Assembly: GCA_963815115.1 (NCBI GenBank)
Contig: CAWFFN010000007.1
Coordinates: forward strand, 1,152,001 to 1,216,000
Reading direction: 5' to 3'
DNA: 64,000 nt
DNA from: an uncultured delta proteobacterium
Lineage (GTDB): Bacteria; Desulfobacterota; Binatia; DP-6
Shown: piece after piece, positions 52,636 to 62,978 of the stretch
Numbering within the stretch: the first letter of the stretch is position 1
How the letters are laid out: every line of letters begins with the position of its first letter
Program-made: the position numbers and the translations under genes
Notes under the pieces: generated by a model
What the model saw: the letters and a program-made list of their open reading frames with translations, nothing else
Told to the model about the DNA's origin: nothing
Database searches by the model: none

Positions 52636-53390
52636 ATGACGCGCATCGAGCCGGCTGATATGCCGCTCCGTGCTCGCCGCGCTCGCACGACTCGGCCGCG
52701 ACGCCGTCGCCTTGGTCACCGGCCGTCGGCCGGAGGTGCGCAACCGCGTCAAGTCCTTCCTGCTGAGCCCAATCTACGACGGGTTCTACCGCCTCGCACC
52801 GATGGATCCGCACCAACGAGATCGAGCGGCGCCTCCCGCCCGGCGCCCGGCGCGTGCTCGATCTCTGCACCGGGACGGCGCTCGTGCCGGCCGTAGTTGC
52901 CGCGGCGCGGCCCGAGGCCACGGTGGTAGGGCTCGACCTGTCGCCCGAGACGCTGGCGGTGGGCCGCGAGAAGCTCGCGCGACTCGGCATCCGGAATGCG
53001 CATCTCGTGCGGGCCGACGCGGGCACGCTGCCGTTTCGCAGCGCCATCTTCGATGCGGTGACCGTGTCGTACGGCTTGCACGAGCTTCCGACCGCGGTGC
53101 GCGAGCGCACGGTGCGCGAAGTCGCCGGTGTGCTCCGCCCGGGAGGCCGGCTCGTGGTGGCCGACCTCGATCGTCCGCCCCGGCTCGGCTGGTTCGTCGA
53201 GGAATACCTGCGCGTGGGCGAGCCGGCGCACGCGCGGGAGGTCCTCGGCGACGGGCTTGCGTGCCTCCTCCATGGGGCAGGCTTCGCGGTGGAACGCGAG
53301 CCGCCCCGCGGGGCCATCCCGATGCAACTCCTGGTCGCCACACCGGGCCGCGCGCCGCGACCCCCGGGGCCCTACGACCCGACCCGGTAG
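52636..53390 (+). pseudogene. UbiE-like SAM methyltransferase with frameshifts near 52665 and 52815
   Basis: VLDLCTGT, GLDLSPE, LPFRSAIFDAVTVSYGLHE, VLRPGGRL; the N-terminus lies in other frames. Confidence 0.75.
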
Positions 53391-53470
53391 GGTCGCATCA
53401 TCTCGTTGTCCTCGTGCTCGACGATGTGGCAGTGCCACACGTAGAGGGCCGCCAGATCGAACGTCGCCAG
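53389..53470 (-). pseudogene. Multicopper oxidase C-terminal fragment
   Basis: YVWHCHIVEHEDNEMMRPY. Confidence 0.8.
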
Positions 53471-53577
53471 GAGGGGCGGCGAGGCGATGGACGCGCCAGG
53501 CAGAGGGCTGTTGGCGCGAAGAGCGACTACCCCTTTTGAAGCGCCCATGAAGACGGGCTGTCCAGAGGGTCGTGCGG

Positions 53578-53770
53578 CCGAGAAGATGCTCCACGAGAAC
53601 GGGACGCGCATCGTGAAGCTCTATCTTCACATCAGCCCGAGGAGCAGCTCGCGCGCTTCCATGAGCGCCTGCGGGACCCCGCACGCCACTGGGAGATCAG
53701 TGAGACGGACTACTCCGAGCGCGAGCTCTGGCCCGCCTACGTCGAGGCGTTCGAGGACGCCATGGAGCCG
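53578..53770 (+). pseudogene. Polyphosphate kinase 2 internal fragment (frameshifted)
   Basis: EKMLHENGTRIVKLYLHISP / EQLARFHERLRDP..W.IS..DY.ERELWPAYVEAFED. Confidence 0.75.
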
Positions 53771-53810
53771 GAGCTACTCGGGAGGCGCGCGAGCGTGCTA
53801 TGCCCCGGCC

Positions 53811-54329
53811 ATGACGAACAAAGGCTGGTCGCACGTGAGCCTCGGGACGCTCGATATGGACGCGACGCGGGCGTTCTACGAGGGCGTCCTCGGGTTCACG
53901 GCCGTGCGCTGCGACATCATCACGGTGAAGGAAGGCGGCCAGATCCGCCACGTCTTCTTCGACACGGGCCAGAAGCAGCTCCTGGCCTTCATGGAGCCAC
54001 GCGGCATCCCCGGCACGCCGGTCGAGTTCGACGGCAGTCTCAACCGTCCGCTCGGCATGCCCGAGGGCGTCTACCACTTCGCGTTCGAAGCCGGGACCGA
54101 GGTGGAGCTCGAGCAGAAGCGGGCCGATCTCATCGCCAAGGGCATCAAGGTGACGCCCGTCGTCGACCACGAGTGGGCGAAGTCGATCTACTTCAAGGAC
54201 CCGAACGGCCTCCTGCTCGAGTACTCGTACATCACGCGCGAGTTCACCGCCGACGACCGCATCCTGCAGCCGCGGTTCGAGATGAGCTTCCGCGACGAGT
54301 CGCCGATCACCGACTTCCGCGACCGGTAG
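53811..54329 (+). CDS. VOC/glyoxalase family protein
   Basis: HVSLGTLDMDATRAFYEGVLGF, YHFAF, SIYFKDPNGLLLE. Confidence 0.92.
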   Translation: MTNKGWSHVSLGTLDMDATRAFYEGVLGFTAVRCDIITVKEGGQIRHVFFDTGQKQLLAFMEPRGIPGTPVEFDGSLNRPLGMPEGVYHFAFEAGTEVELEQKRADLIAKGIKVTPVVDHEWAKSIYFKDPNGLLLEYSYITREFTADDRILQPRFEMSFRDESPITDFRDR

Positions 54330-54383
54330 CGCCGTCACCGACGCGGCGGCGCGAGTCGGCATCGGCGAGGGAGGACGAGCGGA

Positions 54384-55260
54384 ATGTACGAGCAATGGGG
54401 CTTTGCCATCACATCGACGGACGAGCAGCGCCTGCGGCTGTTCGTGCCCGACGCGAACGTCGACACCTTCCAGTACGTCCGCGGCGGTCATTCGAACATC
54501 GTGACGGTACGGGCCGTCGGCGACTTCCTGTCGAAGCTCGGCGGCGGCCGGCGCGATTGGACGGTTGCCGACGGCCTCGTGATGGCGCCGCGCCCGCACC
54601 CGAACGGCATTGTCTACGAGGCGGTGTTCCCCGCGAAGCTGCCGAACGGCTACTACCAGTACAAGTACGTCGTCGACTTCGCGACGGTGAAGGGGCGCTG
54701 GGTGTCGGATCCGTGTGCGAAGGTCAGCGGGCGATCAGACGGCAACAGTGCCTTCGTCGTCGACGACGCTCCGCTCGCGCCGGCCGCGGCCCTCGCAGTC
54801 GTGCCCTCGCCGACCTTGTGATCTACGAGGTCATGGTCGACGATTTCACGCGCGGCTACCGCGGGACGCGCGCTCCGCTCGACGCGCTCGGGGATCGGCT
54901 GGGTTACTTCTCGTCGGTGGGCGCGAACGCGATCGAGCTCATGCCCTGTACGGCGCGGCCCGACGACGAGGCGTTCAGCTGGGGCTACGACCCCACGCAG
55001 TTCTTCGCGATCGAGAACGCGTACGTTGAGGACCCCGCGGTACCGCTCGACCGCCGGTCGCGCCTCCGGACCCTGGTCGCGAACGCGCACGCGGGCGGGC
55101 CTCGACGTCGTACTTCAGCATGCGAAGGCAGACTCGTCAGACTTCGGCTTCGCGTACAGGTTCCTGTGGGAGGACCCGAACGATAGCCCGTTCTGCGGGT
55201 CGTTCCTCGACGCGCCCACATTCGGCAGCGCGCCGCTCGACTACAACAACCTGTGCACGA
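54384..55260 (+). pseudogene. GH13 alpha-amylase-family gene, frameshifted and truncated
   Basis: YQYKYVV..WVSDP; VIYEVMVDDF, GANAIELMP, SWGYDP..FFA; GLDVV. Confidence 0.75.
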
Positions 55261-55516
55261 TGGGAAGGCGTACGCGGTGATCGCGTCGAAGGGCGGCGCG
55301 CCGCATCACCCGGGGTGGTTTCACAACCTCACCGCCGAGCCCAACGTCGAGATCCAGGTAGGCCGCGACCGGATCCCCGTGCGCGCCCGGATCGCCGAAG
55401 GCGACGAGCGCTCCCGACTCTGGGCGCGCGCGGACGAGGTCAACCAGGGCCAGTACGCCACGTACCAGTCCCGTACGAGCCGCGTGATCCCGGTCGTGGT
55501 GCTCGCGCCGCGCTGA
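55260..55516 (+). pseudogene. Deazaflavin-dependent nitroreductase (Ddn-like) C-terminal fragment
   Basis: IASKGGAPHHPGWFHNLTAEPNVEIQVG...YQSRTSRVIPVVVL. Confidence 0.8.
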
Positions 55517-55574
55517 GCGCTCGGGACCGCGGCCCGGCACCCCAGGATAGCAGGCACCTCGGGCGTGTCCCCTT

Positions 55575-55765
55575 GGACAAACACTTTCTTCTTCTTCATT
55601 CATGCGCTCGGTGATGCGATATCGCCCCCGATCATCGGAATGCTCTCCGATCACATCGGTGTGTTCCGCGCGACCATGATCGCCCCGGCCATGATGGTTG
55701 CTGGTGGTGGCGTCCGGCTCCGTGCGATCCGCTTGCCAGCGCCGTCACCAAGACACGAGACGTGA
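55575..55765 (+). pseudogene. MFS (spinster-like) transporter C-terminal fragment
   Basis: FFIHALGDAISPPIIGMLSD. Confidence 0.6.
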
Positions 55766-55767
55766 CG

Positions 55768-56613
55768 TCAGCACAGAAGAAGCGGAGGCGCGATACCCCC
55801 CTGCCCGGTCCGGCCTCGCCACTCCCTCGCCGACGGTGCCTTCGTCCGCTTTACCCGCGCGGTTGTCGCCCACCCCATGTAGAGCAGGGACTGGAAGGGC
55901 GTAGGGCCGACGAGCGCGAGCGCATCGTCGTGGTCCATCCGCCCGGTCGCGCGGCGCAGGAGCGCGCGGCCCAGACCGAGGGGGTCGAGACTCGGCCCGA
56001 GCCCGGTGAGATCACAGAGTTCCAGCCCCGCTCGCGCGAGCGAGACGCCGAGTTCCCCGGGGGTGATGAACATGTCCCAGTCGTGGGTGCCCGGGGGGAC
56101 CAGGTGCAGCCACTCCTGGAAGACCTCGATCACGAACAGCCAGGAAAGCCAGGTCCGGTTGATCGTGTCGAAGAAGAAGAGGCCTCCGGGCCGAAGCACG
56201 CGCGCGATCTGGCGGATCACGGCATCGAGGTCGTCGACGTGCTCGAGCACGTCGCAGCAAGAGACGAGGTCGAAGCTTGCGTCGAGAAGGGGAATCGCCT
56301 CGCCACGCCCCTGCTCGTAGCGAATCGACAGGCGAGACTCGCGCGCGTGCGAGCGCGCCACCGCGAGCGAACCGCTCGAAGGGTCGACTCCGGTCACCCG
56401 CGCCCCGTGCCGAGCGTATGCCTCGCTCATGAGGCCCCCGCCACAGCCCAGGTCCAGCACCTCGAGGTCGTCGTAGCGCAGGCCAAGCGTGCCGAGGACG
56501 CCGTTGAGGTACGCGAAGCGTCCCGGGTTGAGCGTGTCGAGGCCGCCGAGCGCGCCACCCGGCTGCCACCAAGTCTCTGCCAGCCGGTCGTAGAGCTGGT
56601 TGTCCACGGGCAC
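55768..56613 (-). CDS. ubiG: UbiG-family O-methyltransferase
   Basis: VDNQLYD..WW..LNPGRFAY, VLDLGCGGGL, CCDVLEHVDD, FDTINRT, THDWDMFITP. Confidence 0.8.
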   Translation of the reverse strand: MPVDNQLYDRLAETWWQPGGALGGLDTLNPGRFAYLNGVLGTLGLRYDDLEVLDLGCGGGLMSEAYARHGARVTGVDPSSGSLAVARSHARESRLSIRYEQGRGEAIPLLDASFDLVSCCDVLEHVDDLDAVIRQIARVLRPGGLFFFDTINRTWLSWLFVIEVFQEWLHLVPPGTHDWDMFITPGELGVSLARAGLELCDLTGLGPSLDPLGLGRALLRRATGRMDHDDALALVGPTPFQSLLYMGWATTARVKRTKAPSAREWRGRTGQGGIAPPLLLC

Positions 56614-56919
56614 CACGTCCTTATCGCCAACGCAAGGCGACCGAAGCAAGACCGGCGCATCGTCACTCTTGCCTACGAGGTCCAGGCCGTCCCGGCAGAA
56701 GGGCGAAGGGAGGTGAACGTCTGAGTCTCCATGAGCCTACGGCTCACCCAGCAGGACGAAATTGCAGTATTGGAGGTGGCGTCGTGGTTCGGACGTCGGC
56801 CCTTCTTGGTACCGCGAGTCCGGTCTGAGTCTGACGCGGGAGCTTCCGGGACCCCGCATTGTTGCTTCGAGCACGGAGAGCAGAGTCGTGAACGCGAGGC
56901 TCCTCCGAACCGCGGCACA

Positions 56920-57130
56920 CCACACGACGGAGGGACCGTCCGCAGCGCGGCCGGGTCGGCGCCCGCCTCCGCCGCCCGACGCTACACCTCGCGCTCGGCC
57001 CAGGCGAGGGCGCTGCTCCGGGTCATCGTCGCGAGGGAGAACATGAAGTCCACTTCGCCCCCCCTCCGCGACGGCCGCCCCGTACGCGTTCCCGATGCTC
57101 GCGTGCTCGGGCTGGACCACCGCGCGGCCG
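56920..57130 (-). pseudogene. Hydantoinase/oxoprolinase C-terminal fragment
   Basis: PEHASIGNAYGAAVA / GEVDFMFSL..TRSSAL..AAEAGADPA with a frameshift and a stop. Confidence 0.55.
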
Positions 57131-57219
57131 AAGGGGAGCCCGGCCGCCGCACATACCGGCACCCGTCTGCCCCGCAATCCGATGGCCTTCACGGCGCGTG
57201 GGTGGGCCCCTTCGCATTG

Positions 57220-57867
57220 CTACGCGCGCAACAGCAGCGCGAGTTCCAGGGCAGCCTTCAAGAACGCAATGAGTTTCGCGAATTCGTCGTCGGAAAGCTC
57301 GCGTGCCGCGTCGTTGCCGCGATAAAGGTTGGCAAATTCACGCTCGCGGCCGGCCTGCACCGCCAGCCGCCCGATGCCCAAGTCCTCCAGTGTGCGCCAC
57401 ACGTCCGGGTTGTATGCCCGGGTGAGGCGCATCACGAATGAAAGCGGGTCGTGCCGGGCGAGCACCGATGCCAGGCGGAGAATGATCTCGAACGGCAGTG
57501 CGGCGTTGCCATTTTCGACCAGTGTGAGGAGCGCTGGATCCTGAAGATCGATCGCATCGCCGACTTCGCGAAGGCTTAGGCCCGCTGCCTCCCGCGCTGC
57601 CCGCAACAACCCTCCGGCCTTCGCCAATGCCTTCCGCTGTTCGGGCTTGGGCAACACGATGCGGGCAGCTGCCAGCGACACATCGGTCGCCATGCCGGCC
57701 ATGCCGAGCACCGAGTCGGTCCACGAGCGAAGTTGCCGTGCCAGGCCGAGGAGCGCCGGTTCGCCCGTGCGCGGAACGGCCACCGTTTTGCGCGTCCCTT
57801 TGGCAGTCGCGCCGCTCGGTTCGCGTGAAGTCGTTTTGCGTTTCGTGGTTTTGCGGTTCGTCGTCAC
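57220..57867 (-). CDS. XRE-family HTH regulator with basic N-terminal tail
   Basis: GGLLRAAREAAGLSLREVGDAI...LVENG..LPFE; start uncertain. Confidence 0.85.
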   Translation of the reverse strand: MTTNRKTTKRKTTSREPSGATAKGTRKTVAVPRTGEPALLGLARQLRSWTDSVLGMAGMATDVSLAAARIVLPKPEQRKALAKAGGLLRAAREAAGLSLREVGDAIDLQDPALLTLVENGNAALPFEIILRLASVLARHDPLSFVMRLTRAYNPDVWRTLEDLGIGRLAVQAGREREFANLYRGNDAARELSDDEFAKLIAFLKAALELALLLRA

Positions 57868-58332
57868 GCGAGGCCTAGGATCTTTTCGTCGAATGCAGGT
57901 ATGCACGATGGCATGCTGGGGCACGTTGTGGCAACAATGCGCGGCGCCTGCATGGAGTCTTTGTCGCGTCGGCGGCAGTGCTTGCCCGACTGCGGCACTT
58001 GCGCTTGGACGGCCGCCGCGGCGAGCGGGAACTACCCGCTGCGGCACTCGACGTCTCCTTCGCGGAAGACAGATCGACGGGCGAGCCGGCCTTTGTACCT
58101 GATCTTCCGAAGCCGCTCGATCACGAACACCTTCTCGGGAACATGTGCTGCTGCATGAACGTCCACGCCTCGCGGATTGAATCGGTGTCGACCCTTCCTT
58201 CCAATGTCCTTCATCTGGACCGGCCTCTGTCGCTCCAGTTCGCGCTCAAATCGCGCGGACTTACAGCTTCGCACCGGATCACCTTTGTTGCTCACCGCCT
58301 TTCGTGTATTTGGCGCCGGAAAGGAGGGCTCG

Positions 58333-58515
58333 ATGCCGAGACAGAAGAGCTTGTTGACGATCATCCGGAACCTGGTGCAGCAGGAAGTGCGCTCTGCAGT
58401 TCAGGCGTTGCTCGGGAGCTTCTCTACCGCGAAGCCATCGAAGAACGGGCGTCGCCGTCGCAGGCGTCGGCGTGGCTCTGGCCGGCCGCCGGGATCGAAA
58501 AACAAGAAGGCGTGA
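58333..58515 (+). CDS. Small basic AT-hook-like protein
   Basis: RBS AAGGAGG; amphipathic helix then GRRRRRRRRGSGRPPGSKNKK. Confidence 0.75.
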   Translation: MPRQKSLLTIIRNLVQQEVRSAVQALLGSFSTAKPSKNGRRRRRRRRGSGRPPGSKNKKA

Positions 58516-58521
58516 GGTCTG

Positions 58522-58700
58522 ATGGCGAAGGCCGACGCACCTTGGACGCAGTTGGCGACCCGCATCCCGCAGGAGCTGCACTGTCGCCTCAGACTGTGCT
58601 GCGTGACGCACGACATCGTCCTCATGCACTTCGTGGCGAGGGCGAGTGAGGAGAAGCTCGACGGGAGCGAGGGTCGAAGAAGAAGCCCGCCTGACACGCG
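58522..58700 (+). CDS. Ribbon-helix-helix-like protein, probably degenerate; 3' end uncertain
   Basis: WTQLATRIPQELHCRLRLCCVTHDIVLMHFVARA strand-helix-helix pattern. Confidence 0.5.
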
Positions 58701-58929
58701 CTGGGGCCTTCTGCTGCGCCGACGCCTGAGTCCCAGTGCACCCCGTGGCAGCACGATGCGGTGCCCGACTAGCAGGACGCCGGGCCGTGAGGCCGTTCCC
58801 CGCATCCGCGCCACGAGGCCGCTCGAGCCGGACCACCCGAACACGGTACGCACACGCGTCGTGCTTCACGCTTACCCCCTGCCCACGACGTGGTCTTGGC
58901 GCTCCTCGACTGCGGCCACAGCGAGCCAG

Positions 58930-59206
58930 TCCCCCGGGGGACCTGAAGGCCGGCCATCTGCCGCACCACCACCGGAGCCAGCAGGAGGACGACGAGGATC
59001 CCCATGGCGTACGAGGCGAACACGATGACGCCCGCCGCGGCGGCGCGCGGGACGCCGCGGCGTGCCAGGCGGTCCACGACCGGGTCGAGGAGATAGCCAA
59101 TTGCCATGCCGAGCACGAAGGGCAGCAGCACCTTGCGCAGGAGCCAGAGCGCGAACACGAACGCCGCGAGGAGCCCGAGCCAGAAGCGTGCCGGGTGCGC
59201 CGTCAT
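58930..59206 (-). pseudogene. AI-2E transporter N-terminal fragment
   Basis: VLLPFVLGMAIGYLLDPVVDRLARRGVPR. Confidence 0.8.
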
Positions 59207-59348
59207 GAAGGCCCCATAGTGGACACGCGCGCGTCAAGTCCAACCCGGACGGCGACACCCAGGCGGCTGGCCGAGGACACGCGACCGTGCGCGGACCCGC
59301 TCGCCCCGGCAACCACCGGGGTACTCGGAGGCTCTCTGCTGACTCCCC

Positions 59349-59455
59349 TTAAGTGATGCGCGTGATCGCGTGATAGGCGAGTAGGACGACGACGGCACCG
59401 ATCACGGCGACCAGGAGGCTGTAAAGATTCAGGCCGGTCACCCCGGCCGCGCCAC
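59349..59455 (-). pseudogene. GlsB/YeaQ/YmgE C-terminal fragment
   Basis: GVTGLNLYSLLVAVIGAVVVLLAYHAI. Confidence 0.75.
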
Positions 59456-59475
59456 ATCGCACGGAGGAAGACGGA

Positions 59476-59898
59476 GTGGCCACGGATCCCCTGTTCGCGT
59501 CACTGGTCCTGAGTGCCCTAGGCTGCCTGGCGATCCTGGGCATCGGTCGGGCGCTGATGCTGTCAGCCCGCGGTGCCGGATCATCGCCATCGACCGAGAA
59601 CGCACAGATCGACCGCGATCGGCCGGGCGCATTGGTGACCGGGGGCATCTTCGGCCGCAGCCGCAACCCAGTGTATCTGGGCCTCGCCCTGCTGGCGTTC
59701 GGAGTGTTCCTCGTCCTGGGACCGCTCGTGCTCTTGTTGCTGGCGATCGTCTTCCTGGTCTACTTCCAGGTCCTGATCCGCCGCGGAGAACGGTTCTTGG
59801 CCGAACACTACGGTAATGCCTACCGGGAGTACGCCCGGTCTGTCGGCCGGTGGTGGACGTGGCGGCTGGGCGACGGTGCTCGGCGGACGAAGACATGA
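59476..59898 (+). CDS. ICMT/PEMT-family membrane methyltransferase, possibly 5'-truncated
   Basis: LVTGGIFGRSRNPVYLG, ERFLAEHYGNAYREY..VGRW. Confidence 0.75.
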   Translation: MATDPLFASLVLSALGCLAILGIGRALMLSARGAGSSPSTENAQIDRDRPGALVTGGIFGRSRNPVYLGLALLAFGVFLVLGPLVLLLLAIVFLVYFQVLIRRGERFLAEHYGNAYREYARSVGRWWTWRLGDGARRTKT

Positions 59899-59938
59899 AG
59901 AGCTCCGTATACTCGAATCGCCTGCAGGAGGTCGGCGA

Positions 59939-60769
59939 ATGGAGGACGCCATGCAGTTCGACACAATCGGGGTGACGTGCGATGGGCCGCTGGGGCGTCT
60001 GATGCTGGCGCGGCCCGACCGCCTCAACGCGATGGGCGCTGCGATGCTTCAAGAACTGGCCGAAGCCGCCCACTGGTTCGATCGCCAGCCGGAGGTGCGC
60101 GTGGTCATCATCAGCGGCGCGGGCCGCGCGTTCAGCGCCGGCGCGGACCTCCAAGATCGGCCGATCGCCGCGGCGGCGCCGGAGTCCGGGAACGCCTGGG
60201 GGATGCGTCGAGAAGTCGGCCAGTACGGGCTCCGTATGGCGGACGCCATCGAGCAGATGCGGCCGATCACCATCGCACAAGTGCACGGTTACGCCGTCGG
60301 CGGCGGGTTGGTGCTGATGGCTGCCTGCGATCTTCGCGTGGCGGCGGAGGACACGGTCTTCTCGATTCCGGAGATCGAGCTCGGTATTCCTCTCGCGTGG
60401 GGAGGCATCCCGCGACTGGTGCGTGAGATCGGGCCGGCGCTGACGAAAGAGTTGGTGATCACCTGCCGCCGCTTCACGGCAGCCGAGGCCAAGGCGGCGG
60501 GGCTGATCAATCGCGTCGTGCCTGCGGCCCAGCTCCACGCCGAGGTGGAGACGTTGGCGCGCACAGTGATCGAGAAGCCACCGGTGCCCGTGACCATCAC
60601 CAAGGAACACGTCAACGCCATCGCACGCGCGATGAGCGCCGGCTTGACCGGGTTCGCCGACGGCGACATGCTACTCGGTGTCGCGTCTGATCCAGAATCG
60701 CGTGCCGCCGCAATCGCGTACATGGAACGCTGGGTGAGGCGCAAGGGAACCGGGGAACGTTCGCCCTGA
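59939..60769 (+). CDS. Enoyl-CoA hydratase/isomerase
   Basis: RPDRLNA, FSAGADL, VHGYAVGGG, PEIELG. Confidence 0.93.
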   Translation: MEDAMQFDTIGVTCDGPLGRLMLARPDRLNAMGAAMLQELAEAAHWFDRQPEVRVVIISGAGRAFSAGADLQDRPIAAAAPESGNAWGMRREVGQYGLRMADAIEQMRPITIAQVHGYAVGGGLVLMAACDLRVAAEDTVFSIPEIELGIPLAWGGIPRLVREIGPALTKELVITCRRFTAAEAKAAGLINRVVPAAQLHAEVETLARTVIEKPPVPVTITKEHVNAIARAMSAGLTGFADGDMLLGVASDPESRAAAIAYMERWVRRKGTGERSP

Positions 60770-60825
60770 CAAGTGGGGCCGGCGTCCCTGCCGGTCCGTT
60801 GAGAACGCCAGTCTGTTCGGATGAA

Positions 60826-60960
60826 GCCACTGCTCGAGCCGATCGGGCACATTCTTCCGGCGGAGTACGAGCAGGCGTACTACCCTACCGGGCTCACGAA
60901 ACTCCAGCCATGGGGGCCGGAGTCATGTAACGAAGCCTCCGGAGAACTCGGGGCGGTTCA
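60826..60960 (+). mobile_element. IS3-family right-end remnant with terminal inverted repeat
   Basis: LLEPIGHILPAEYEQAYY; end GCCTCCGGAGAACTCGGGGCGGTTCA (reverse complement TGAACCGCCCCG, IS51/IS6110-like). Confidence 0.8.
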
Positions 60961-61050
60961 GGAGACGACCTTCCGCGCCGGACGCCGGAGGTTCGTGACG
61001 ATGAAGCCGATGCGCGGGTACAGCATCCCGGGATGCCACCCCACTTGCCC
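60961..61050 (-). mobile_element. IS1380-family transposase internal remnant
   Basis: WHPGMLYPRIGFIVTNLRRPARKVV. Confidence 0.65.
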
Positions 61051-61055
61051 GTCCC

Positions 61056-62252
61056 TCAGATCACACCGTCGCGCGTGAGGCGCGCGAGCTCGGTCCCGTC
61101 GAGTCCGAGGATCTCGCCGTACACGTCGCGATTGTGCTCGCCGAGGAGCGGCGAGCGCGTCACCGTGGTCGGCGAATCGGCGAGCTTGACCGGGTTGCCC
61201 GGGACGTCGAGCGTGCCGCGTGTCGGGTGCTCGATCGTCGTGATCATGCCGCGCGCGCGCAGGTGCGGGTTGGTGAGGATGTCGCGGGTGTCAAAGACGG
61301 CGCCGCAGGGGACGCCGTTCGCCGCCATCGCCTCCATGACGGTGACCTTGTCGCGCGTACCGGTCCACTCCTCGATCATGGTGTGCAGCTCCGCCTGGTG
61401 GTGGTTGCGCCAGTTGACGTCGCCGTATTCGGGGTGACCGATCAGGTCGGCGCGGCCGATGGTCGTCAGCACGCCGTTCCACATCGCGGGGCTGTTGATC
61501 ATCATGTACGCGTAGTCATTGTCGCCACCCGGCGCACACTTATAGAGGTCGCTCGGCGCGAGCACCGGGATGCGGTTGCCGCTGCGTATCGTCGGGTAGC
61601 CGGTGATGTAGTGGGCCAGCATCGACGGGCGCACGAAGTTGACGACCGCCTCCTGCATCGAGACCTCGACGCGCTGCCCCCGGCCCGTCTGCAGGCGCTG
61701 GATGTACGCGGCGAGAATGCCGACCGCGCAGTGGACGCCGCTGCCCGTGTCGCCGAGCGTGATCCCGAGCTTGATCGGCGGCCCGCCGAGCTCGCCGTTC
61801 ACGCTCATCGCGCCGCCGGTTGCCTGCGCGATCATGTCGAAGGCCTTGAAGGACGCGTACGGACCGCTGTCGCCGAAGCCGCGGATCGTCGCGTAGATGA
61901 GGTCGGGGTGGAGCGCGGACAGGGCGTCCCACCCGAGCCCCCACTTGTCGAGGGTGCCGAGCGTGAAGTTCTCGATGAGCACATCGAAGCGCGGCAGCAT
62001 CTGCCGGAACAGCGCCCGGCCGCGCTCGTCCTTCAGGTTGAGCGTCACGCTGCGCTTGTTCGCGTTCAGCAGCACGAAGTAATAGGCATCGGTGCAGGGG
62101 GTGTCGGGGATCATGCGGCGGCCTTGGTCGCCGCCGTCGGGGTTCTCCACCTTGACGACGTCGGCGCCGAGCCAGGCGAGGAGCTGCGTGCACGACGGAC
62201 CCGCCTCGAACTGCGTGAGGTCGAGAATGCGTATGCCGGAGAGTGCGGCCAT
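61056..62252 (-). CDS. Family III CoA-transferase (CaiB/BaiF, formyl-CoA transferase-like)
   Basis: LSGIRILDLTQFEAGPSCTQLLAWLGADVVKVE, NANKRSVTLNLK, FDMIAQATGG. Confidence 0.95.
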   Translation of the reverse strand: MAALSGIRILDLTQFEAGPSCTQLLAWLGADVVKVENPDGGDQGRRMIPDTPCTDAYYFVLLNANKRSVTLNLKDERGRALFRQMLPRFDVLIENFTLGTLDKWGLGWDALSALHPDLIYATIRGFGDSGPYASFKAFDMIAQATGGAMSVNGELGGPPIKLGITLGDTGSGVHCAVGILAAYIQRLQTGRGQRVEVSMQEAVVNFVRPSMLAHYITGYPTIRSGNRIPVLAPSDLYKCAPGGDNDYAYMMINSPAMWNGVLTTIGRADLIGHPEYGDVNWRNHHQAELHTMIEEWTGTRDKVTVMEAMAANGVPCGAVFDTRDILTNPHLRARGMITTIEHPTRGTLDVPGNPVKLADSPTTVTRSPLLGEHNRDVYGEILGLDGTELARLTRDGVI

Positions 62253-62461
62253 GGAGCACTTGCTCACCCATCTCCGCCTGACCGTCAAGCAGCAGACGCC
62301 TCTTGAGGAAACGATCAGGAAAAGGCAGCAAGGCGCGGGCTGAGAGCTGATCCCCGTCATGCTCCCATCGCTGAGACGCCCGAGACAGCCATGACCGGCT
62401 GCGCCGGCAGGACAGTCGTGTCATAGTCCCCGGAGCCGGCGCCCGGCCTACACCGCCGCGC

Positions 62462-62477
62462 CGGCCTCCGGCTTGCC
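62462..62477 (+). promoter_or_regulatory. Weak sigma-54-like motif before the second YbaK copy
   Basis: CGGCCTCCGGCTTGCC with GG-N10-GC spacing. Confidence 0.3.
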
Positions 62478-62494
62478 AAAGCGAGGGAGACGCC

Positions 62495-62978
62495 GTACCC
62501 ATTCTGACGAAGCTGAAGGACTTCCTCGACGCGAACCACGTCGTCTACGAAGTCCGTTCGCACCAGCGCGCACTCACTGCCCAGGAGGTGGCCGCAGCCC
62601 AGCACGTCCGGGGGCGGGAGGTTGCGAAGGTGGTCATGCTGCGCGCCGGTGACGAGTACGTGATGGCCGTGCTGCCGGCGCCCTATCATGTCGACATCGC
62701 GCGCTTGGGCGACGCGACCGGGAAGCACGACCTCCGGCTCGCGACCGAGGCGCAATTCGCCGGACTCTTTCCGGGCTGCGAGCCGGGCGCCATGCCGCCG
62801 TTCGGAAACCTGTACGGGGTGCCGGTCTGGGTCGACAGATCGCTCACGCAGGACGAGGACATCTTCTTCAACGCCGGCAATCACGAGCAGACGGACGGTT
62901 CATCTCTCCTACGCCGACTTCGCTCGTCTGGTGCAGCCGAGGATCGCGTCTTTCGGCATGGGGCTGCCAGTCGAGTGA
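62495..62978 (+). pseudogene. Second YbaK/EbsC copy with mutated start (GTA) and a 4-bp ACGG duplication at 62891-62898
   Basis: PILTKLKDFLDANHVVYEVRSH...FNAGNHEQT, then VHLSYADFARLVQP in another frame. Confidence 0.85.
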
